A stretch of DNA of 63,881 nucleotides, the filler included, from Platydemus manokwari (lineage: Eukaryota): NCBI GenBank assembly GCA_037951405.1. It is 6 parts of 6 records of this genome, joined end to end, with 100 filler letters (N's around TTAATTAATTAA, not from the genome) between each part and the next. Parts side by side here need not be neighbours in the genome. Positions count along the whole stretch, not along the records: positions 55,089 to 63,881 come from JBBMOY011329094.1; 5 more parts are not named here. One strand, given 5' to 3'. The position numbers and the translations under genes were made by a program. The first letter of the stretch is position 1. Every line of letters starts with the position of its first letter. Under the pieces are notes generated by a model. That model made no database searches. It was not told where the DNA came from and saw only the letters and a program-made list of their open reading frames with translations. Shown one piece after another: positions 55,330-63,881 of the stretch.

Positions 55330-57147
55330 CTAAAATCACAAAATCAATCTCATTACAATTGATTATAGTTGATTTGTAGATGATCAGATTAGATAATTAA
55401 TATATTATCGTTCAACTATCCAATGAAATGTCAATTATAATGTGATAATAATAATAGTAAAATATACCATACTTATTGACCTCTATGAAGTCTTACCAAG
55501 CCATTCAATTATCCAAGAAATGGATGTAGAGGAAACATTTATATTTTCTATGGCATTTAATCAATCATAGATAAATTTGTGGGTTCCAAAATAAATTATG
55601 AAAATCAGATTAGCTAATTTTACTTATATATTACACGAAAAAGCGAATTTTAATCTCCATTGTGTATAAGAAATATCTGTTATTAATACATGATCTGTGG
55701 TCGATTATAATGTGAGGTTCAGGTTATTCATTTCATACTTAAATATCAAATGTTAATAGAGTTAATAATGGTCGATTTGATGTTCAACTTAACTGCTGAT
55801 TGAAATGGGGAATTTGTGGACTCAAAATTGTGTCGAAAACGAATCTTACATTTATGATTATAAAGTTACATGTCTAAAAATAATTTCAATTTCAGTTTAT
55901 TAGAATTTATGTAATGAATATATAAGCCGTTGACATTATTTTTTGCTGCTTGCATGATAACGTGGAGTTTATCGTCCAAGTCATCAAATGAATTCGATGT
56001 CGATATTATATAACGATGACTATCATGATTGATTTCTCGGTCACAGCAGGTAGTACTATTACAATCTTAGTTAAATAATTATTGCAAATCGCTAGCGAAA
56101 TATAATTAAATGTAATTTCGATTTCACTCCTGCAAACGAAAAATAATTAAAACATTAATTGTTCGTGAAAAGCAATTTTCTTGAAATTCTTCTACTTTCA
56201 AATGATACATCAAGGCCAAATTTTTCATAGTACATTTTATTTGAATTAGTAATTTATTTATTATTTTTTAGTTTGTTTATTTATTGATCCTGATGAATCG
56301 GTCATGGTGAATTGCTGACCGAACTGATTTGACAATCCCCAATTGTATTTTACCGATACACAGATTTCTCAATCCTTCCTACTCCATAGTTTTCAATACG
56401 ACATCGAATCTACTTATCAATAATGTAAAATACTCTTTAGTAGATGATAACTTCAATCAAATTCACTCCAACTTATTCTCGAGCACTGAGCATCTCTTGT
56501 GATTGCAAAAAATAAATAACTTTTAAACCTATTTCTTATATACGACGAATGATTGTAATTCTTGAATTTGATATAATTACTGAATATCTAAGACAGAAAT
56601 TAGCGTCTGACAGCATTTTCAAAGATGTTATTCTCATGATTTATTATATAGAGTTCTAATTGATAGAAGTTATTTTTTCGACATGGACATTTCTATTCGA
56701 TCAAACAGACATCTACTGAAAATATATTTTATACCATTCTCAATTGTTTATTTTTCTGACTAATATATTTAATTGTTTAAATCAAAGCAAAGAATAAACG
56801 ATAACGTCAAGAGATTGATTGTAGTGGAAAATCTTTGTCGAAATTAAATTACTCATCAACTAACTTGTTTAAGTTCGAGTAAAATTTTTACCAGTGATTA
56901 ATTAAAAAGAAAATCACAGAATTTATAAATCCTCGAAAATATATATCAATGAAAAACAATATAACATTTATTTAAAACCCAATTATTAGTATAAAGCCAA
57001 ACTTGAGAACCTTTTGATCCGAAGCAAGTAATAAGAGATTTCGTGATTATATTGAAATACTGGTTAGCAGAATTAGTCAGGCTGTAACGTCACAATAACG
57101 ACTGTAACGGATTTATGAACATAACATTTGAATTATATTTAAACGCC

Positions 57148-57737
57148 TTAAGTTAAGAAAAAGGGTCCTTTGACCTATTTTCGTTATAATGAATTTTCGC
57201 GCATAAGATAATTTTATAACTTAATTTTATAAATAACTGCTCTGTTCGATTTACTTATATAATTCAGTTAATATCTCATTTTTTTAAGATGTCTAATAAT
57301 GACAAAACATAGTTTTAAAACCAAGTTCCCATTCTAATCAAAACACTTCTATATGATTATTTGAGATTTTAAATTTAAGTGTTTATTATTATAAATCGAG
57401 TTAGCTAATTACAGATATGTTTAATAAAACCATTGCTTATTTTTATAAAATAATTGTAAAAATTGAGAATATCTCTCAATTTGCTTCTAATGTTAAAAAA
57501 GGAGTCATCGCTAATTTTCAATAAATTTCAATTCGATCTACTTTTTTCATTTTTTCAAATAATCAAATTTTAGGGGATTTTGAAGTTCTGGACTGTTTAA
57601 TATTTGATTTCAAACAACTAATATTCTTCTTAAGTGCTTAAATAAAAAATTCAAAATGTTTTTCAAGAATTTAATTGAATAACTATACACTCAGTAAGTT
57701 TAAAATTTCATTTTAAGACTCTTTTTAACTTTAGTCA
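57148..57737 (-). mobile_element. MITE family A, copy 2 (inverted relative to 8996-9559)
   Basis: For example, CATAGTTTTAAAACCAAGTTC near 57308 is the reverse complement of GAACTTGGTTTTAAAACTATG near 9378. The alignment extends about 500 bp. Confidence 0.78.
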
Positions 57738-60700
57738 TTAATTCTATTTATTAAATGCATTATTAGATACATCATTACTCAAAAATATCCTTACCAAAAA
57801 TTAAACAAAAAACTTATTTGAATATTTAACATTAACAAACTGATGTCGAAATTGTCTTGAAGGTGAAGAAAAACACTTTGGACATTAGTTATAGTTTATT
57901 TCGTTGTTGAGTTTATAATTTTCATTTTTAAAAATTAATTATTTATCTATTGTTTTTATTGCTTGGGTTAACTTTGAGTAAAACTACTGTGCAACTAAGA
58001 GGACTCAACTTCTGTCTATATTGCACAGCTTGGGGTATAGCTGATAAGTATCACATTCGAATGGTTCCTGTGACCCTTCTCGATTTGTCACTTAAATATC
58101 ATTGAAACATGCCACAAATTAATTTTTCCATTCTCACTTTTTCATTGAACTTAAGTGTATATCAAAGCAAATTACCATATTTTTTTAGCCATTTCCCATA
58201 AATTTCATGCAGCTTAAGTTTTCAGAGTATTTATGACTCTTGTAGACCTGTTAGCTCAAACATCTAAATAAAAAGAATGGAGTTCTTTTATCCATTAAGG
58301 AATTTTATTATTTCGAAAAAGTGGTCAACAATGAAAGAGACAATGCAACTGATAGTGAAAGAACCGTTTAAGATGAAGATGATCATTTTCTTTATTAAAC
58401 TAAAGAGGCGATAGAGCATTTTTTGTTGCAATTTTTGATTTTCCCGTTCGCAGTTATGTCTATCTTTCACAATCTTTGTATCCGATACTTAGCTTAAATG
58501 AATACAGTTACCTAAAGCCATTGTTTCGAGAAGAATGTTTAAAACAAAGAACATATATTTAACAAAGAAATATATTGAATTAAATTATATTATACTATAT
58601 CTCTTATGATATAACCTCGGAACATTTCCCTGTGTTATTTCAATGGCTTTAGTAATAAAGTAACATTTATTTCATTTCATCACTGCCATGGAAATAGATA
58701 GTTGGTTTACTGAAAATATTCAGAATTAAATTTGGAGTTGACCAACCTTTTAACTGACTTTATAACCTCCTGGTAGTTAAGGAGAATTTATGTGTATTGA
58801 CACAATCATAATTCAAAATTATTAATATTGTTTCAAAGAATCCTCATATCATATACATCGTTTTATAGAAAATTCTTATGTAAAGTACTATTTTAAAAGT
58901 GCAAAAAATAATACTTTAAAAATTCAATTCTACATCTTCTATTTGCCTCGCTCATAATGTTATCTCTAAAAAGAACACAAATTTAAGGCTTAAGAAAATT
59001 AGACGAATTATCTCTTTGCTAAAACATCTATTTAAAAGTATTTTTGTTCTATTTTCAAATTAGAATGCTACAAAGTAACGCTTGAATCAATTAATTATTC
59101 AAGATAATTATAATGATAAAATTTTCAGTACGAATCACATATAGTGTATTTACTCATTTTTTTATTCGTTTAATTACTTTATTTCGAAAAATAAATATAT
59201 CATTTGTATCAAAAAATATCCACGTTTTAGAAAGTTAATATTTCTTACGCAATATGAGCCAACAATACGTAAAATGTTACAGATTTTTGTTCACGAGTGA
59301 AATAAAACAAAATTGCTAATTACATACTCGACTCTTTGATAGACTCTACCGTGTTATAATTTTCGTTACTTATATGTTATACGTTTATATTTGACTTATA
59401 ATCGGGATTTAAATATCACTACAATTTTATTTACTACTACTTATTTTAACTTTCACAAGAATTAAAATGAATCACAAATATGTTTCTTTATATTAAATCT
59501 TTTGCAAACTCATGAGCGTTCTCCACGCACCCCTGAATTAATTTTAATTTACCACAAACTCTTTCATCGATCGTAAGTACCCGTGGGAATTTATGATTTA
59601 GAGTTAGAAGCTACCATACCAATCATTTTGTAATTTATACACTATCTTATCTTTAGAACCTTATTAAAATGCATTCAACCAAAAAATATTTAGACTTGAA
59701 AGTTTATATAAAAGTGATACTGGATTTCTCAGTGACATTCGATCTTTAGTTTAAAATATTGATCCAATTAGATCCTTCATCAACTTAAGCAATGAATGGA
59801 CTGGGAACACTGCATCTTACATAACTTGTGATATTTTAGATTTTTTAGTTCGCTCCTATAATATTTATTTTACAATATCCGACAAATACATTTGAACACA
59901 AATCTATGTATCTCTAAGACACAAATTAAAAATTAATTGGCGAATTAAATAAATAATTGAAAAGAAGTCGATAGGCTGGTCATAGATAACCACAATGGAT
60001 CAATGATCAATGTCAAAAGATTTCTTAAAACATATGTTGTCTAGCGGTTTCGGCGACTTCGGAGTATTTAGATGATTATATAAATCTACACACATTCACA
60101 AACGAGATACCACATAACACTCATAAAACAGTTTTTGATAAACAGAAAATGAATGATTTTATTGACTCTATTTGGGGAATCTAAATTTATAGTGGTAATA
60201 AATATTATTTTATAAAATAATTTTAATTTTATACATTTAATAGAATGTTAGAACTTGTTACGTAAAAGACTGAAGTTATTTTCAAAATGTTATTCAGAAA
60301 ACTACAGGTTTTTTTCAGTGTGTCAATACTTTGTACTTAAGTCTATCAAAATAAATACTTGTATTATCTTGGTAGGACTAACAGAATCCAAGGTTTATTT
60401 CAATCTTAATGATAATTATAAAAAATTGAAATTTATGTATCCCATATATAATCTTTCTGGAAAACTTACAAAATTCAATATCGACTCATTCTTTTTGGTA
60501 AAAATGATGATATCAACTGTGTTCATTAAAATTCTTATAAAGATTAAATAAAACTGGTAAAAATTAATTAATTAAATGCTAAATAAATATACATGGTCAT
60601 CTTAGATTATCATATAACGAAGAATGGTTTTTATCATCACTCATAATTAGTCGAACTAAAACTATTGATCCGCCATTAGATGGTTTTTGAAAATGGTGCT

Positions 60701-61635
60701 TGATTTTTTGGAATTAAAATAATTTTTTACAATAATACGACGAACAAATGCTAATCACATTTCTTCAGATAATATCAAATATTTCAAAAAAAATTTAAAT
60801 GTTTTTCGTCATATTAAATAAAATAAACTGAAATTTATTTATAAATGGTGAATGGATTTTCAATTAGGGTGATATTAAGCAAATATAATTTCAAACCAAG
60901 ATGGTATTAGCTCAGTATTTTTCGTATAATACTACGGTTGAGCATAATATTAAACTAATACTTAAACAATAAGTATAACCTTGATAACCACAATAATGTG
61001 CATAATTCTTAAATTTAAATTTTTGTATTTTTTTATTCTGCATATAAGAATATTTCAGAGTTTTTCCCGAGCAGAATAACGTAAATAATAGATCATAATA
61101 TATTTAATTATAATTTTTAGGAGATAATAATAATAAAAACATCGATATTATGGTAAACTGTTATTTATAGAATTGAATTATTATTAAAAGTCTTTATTGT
61201 TTGTCTCATTTGACTAAAAATAATACTTTGTAAATTTCTAATTAAAATAATTTTTCAAGACCAATCGCGCAATGACACTTTAAACAACAATTTAATTTGA
61301 AGAAAAAATCTACTTCAATTTCTTTGATGCCTCAATGTCTCATACACTGTTGAAGGCTTTTCTTTAACTTCGTAGTCTGTTTGATGTTATCCTGGCTATG
61401 TGGATTCTTGGAGAATATCAAACTTGATAATCCAAAAGGTTCTAATCTATCACCTATTTCTTCTTGGTAACAAGCCTTTGGGAAGTTTTAAAGCTATTTT
61501 TCTTTCCAAAAGACAAAGATCTTCCTGAATATATGAAAATAACCATTTTTAATTGCTCTTAGATTAATCTCGTATCTTAGAGTTAATATTATATGATGTC
61601 CATGCAATAATTTTGTAATAAAATAACTTTAAGTA

Positions 61636-63162
61636 ATGCCCCTTCCTTATTTGATTTCGAAAATCATAAACATTTTGTATTATATGTATATCAGGTTTAT
61701 GTCAGTATTCCTGTTAATATTATACATTTTTAGAAAAGAATTTGGACCACCATGTGCAGTCGAATCTATTCCTTACTCTCATGTTTATAAGAATTCAGAA
61801 AGAATAGTGATTAACGTAAGTGGACTTCGCTTTGAAACTAGACTTAAAACTCTGAATCAATTTCCAAACACATTACTAGGCAATCCTATGAAGCGCAACA
61901 AATATTATGACTCACTACGAAATGAATATTTCTTTGATAGAAATCGACCTAGTTTTGATGGAATATTATACTTCTATCAAAGTGGAGGCAATCTTCGGCG
62001 GCCTCATAATGTTGCTATGGAAGTATTTGTTGAAGAAATTAATTTTTATGAATTGGGTGAAGAAGCCATTGAAAGATATAGAGATGAAGAAGGATTCGTT
62101 AAAGAAGAAGTTAAAGTGTTACCTCTAAATCAAATTCAAAAGAAGATTTGGCTTTTATTGGAATATCCTGAAAGTTCAATGTTGGCCAAATTGGTAGCGA
62201 TAATCTCAGTATTGGTGATTGTACTTTCCATTGTGATATTTTGCGTTGAAACTCTTCCAAACTTTCGACAGTATCATATTGTTTCTATCAATTCAAGTGA
62301 AACTAATTCTACAGAATATCTTATTGAAGAAAATGACATACCGAGCTTCTCTGAACCGTTTTTCTTAATTGAAACACTTTGTATTATCTGGTTCTCATTT
62401 GAACTCTTTCTTCGATTTGCTTCATCTCCACAGAAGTTAGTCTTTGCGAAGAATATTCTAAACATAATAGATTTTGTATCGATCGTCCCTTATTTCATTA
62501 CTCTTGGGACTGTTTTGGTGGACAATCCCAAAACTCAAAATCAAGCCACTTCCTTAGCCATTCTTAGAATCATTAGACTAGTCAGAGTCTTTCGAATATT
62601 TAAACTCTCTCGACATTCCAAAGGTTTGCAAATTCTCGGTCAAACTCTCAAGGCCAGCATTGAAGAACTAACAATGTTAACGTTTTTTTTGTTGATTTGT
62701 GTGATACTGTTTTCAAGTGCTGCTTATTTTGTTGAGGCGGATGTGGAAACAACATATTTTCGTAGTATTCCTGACGGGTTTTGGTGGGCATTAGTCACCA
62801 TGACGACTGTAGGTTATGGTGACATGCGTCCAGTTACAATGTGGGGCAAAATAGTCGGTAGTCTTTGTGCAATAGCCGGTGTTTTAACAATAGCTCTTCC
62901 TGTACCTGTTATTGTATCTAATTTTAATTATTTCTATCATAGAGAGATCGAAGCCGACGAGAAACAGGTCTATATTCATGTGGACAGTTTTTCCAGTTAT
63001 GCCAGTGATGAAAAAGCTCTATTGACTGATTCCTGTTTGAATTCTCAGAAGAGTAATACACTACAGTCCAACAAAAACAACCATTTGAAATTTGATGACA
63101 TACAAGAGGTGGAACATGATAAATCGAAGATTTCCTTAAGGTCTCCACAAACCAAAGTGTAA
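61636..63162 (+). CDS. Voltage-gated potassium channel, Shaker/Kv1 (KCNA) family
   Basis: T1 domain [14 protein letters not shown]...[13 protein letters not shown]4 [19 protein letters not shown], pore [10 protein letters not shown]6 [16 protein letters not shown] and C-terminal TKV. The first 33 or so codons look intronic. A probable acceptor at 61733 implies an unidentified upstream exon. Confidence 0.96.
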   Translation: MPLPYLISKIINILYYMYIRFMSVFLLILYIFRKEFGPPCAVESIPYSHVYKNSERIVINVSGLRFETRLKTLNQFPNTLLGNPMKRNKYYDSLRNEYFFDRNRPSFDGILYFYQSGGNLRRPHNVAMEVFVEEINFYELGEEAIERYRDEEGFVKEEVKVLPLNQIQKKIWLLLEYPESSMLAKLVAIISVLVIVLSIVIFCVETLPNFRQYHIVSINSSETNSTEYLIEENDIPSFSEPFFLIETLCIIWFSFELFLRFASSPQKLVFAKNILNIIDFVSIVPYFITLGTVLVDNPKTQNQATSLAILRIIRLVRVFRIFKLSRHSKGLQILGQTLKASIEELTMLTFFLLICVILFSSAAYFVEADVETTYFRSIPDGFWWALVTMTTVGYGDMRPVTMWGKIVGSLCAIAGVLTIALPVPVIVSNFNYFYHREIEADEKQVYIHVDSFSSYASDEKALLTDSCLNSQKSNTLQSNKNNHLKFDDIQEVEHDKSKISLRSPQTKV

Positions 63163-63881
63163 CTCGGCTAATATATTCCATCTCTCATGCCTCATTTTAT
63201 AATAGTTTACTCAATTTTATTCACCTATTTTTCTATACATAACCTGTCAGAGTTTATATAGATATCAGATGTTATTTAATTACAGTTTCTTCTCTTGTTA
63301 CATATATTGATTCAAATTGCCAAAATATTAGACAACAGCATGGTTTAAAGATGATGGATCGAGTTAATTAAATATAAAAGTTAAGTGTAATAAATATCGA
63401 ATAATGTATGGATATAAAGAATTTAATTTCATTAACATAATTTTTTGAATTTAAATAGGTTCATCCGTGTGTTTTAATAAAACAAATGATAATGTTCATA
63501 TTAATATTTCTATTTATTGTATATTTGAGATGTTACATTTGAAAATGGTTTAAGTGGATATAGATTAAGATAAATATAGCTGCTTTCCTTGTAGATTTTT
63601 TTTAATAGATAAATCTAGTACAGTATAATATCAATTAGGAAGAAATTAAGTTATTATGGCTTAATATTATTATTAAACATTTTAAATATTTAAAAATTTG
63701 GAAATGAAGACAGAAGAATTTTTCAAAATAGCTCAATTAATTTGGAAATATACAGATAGAAATCGTAATGAGTTCTAAAATTGATGGCTTCAAAATTAAT
63801 AGTAAATAAATATCCAATAAACAATGTCACATTTATATCTCTCACTTAAATTATTTTTAGATTTTTAAGGATTTAACAAAA

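Noticed and set aside
61636-61733. Hydrophobic N-terminus of the Kv1 ORF read as a signal peptide or extra TM helix
   Set aside because: The T-rich composition ending in tttttag indicates intron read-through.

Overview
This is very AT-rich metazoan genomic DNA with many short (about 45-60 nt) GT-AG introns. That profile suggests a flatworm such as a planarian, which is an inference only. The window consists of six contigs joined by five artificial 100-nt N/TTAATTAATTAA/N linkers, so adjacency across the gaps is unproven. Genes rebuilt by hand splicing are CstF-50 (CSTF1, 11 exons, minus), a 9-exon pogo/Fot1-type transposase-derived gene with a C-terminal PHD finger (minus, about 865 aa), the 5' part of DRC3/LRRC48, TAF11, a single-exon CCDC174 homolog, a divergent ZMIZ (SP-RING) gene, one cadherin exon and a Shaker/Kv1 channel with an intron-free core. 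An isolated MAPKAPK2-type exon sits in a 13-kb contig of decayed coding-like sequence. The rest is relics of Gypsy LTR and hAT elements plus several MITE families. The best candidate for an undescribed system is the intron-rich, apparently domesticated pogo transposase-PHD gene, whose catalytic triad reads D-D34-E rather than DD35D. Next is a tandem array of four SUMO consensus sites in the ZMIZ protein.
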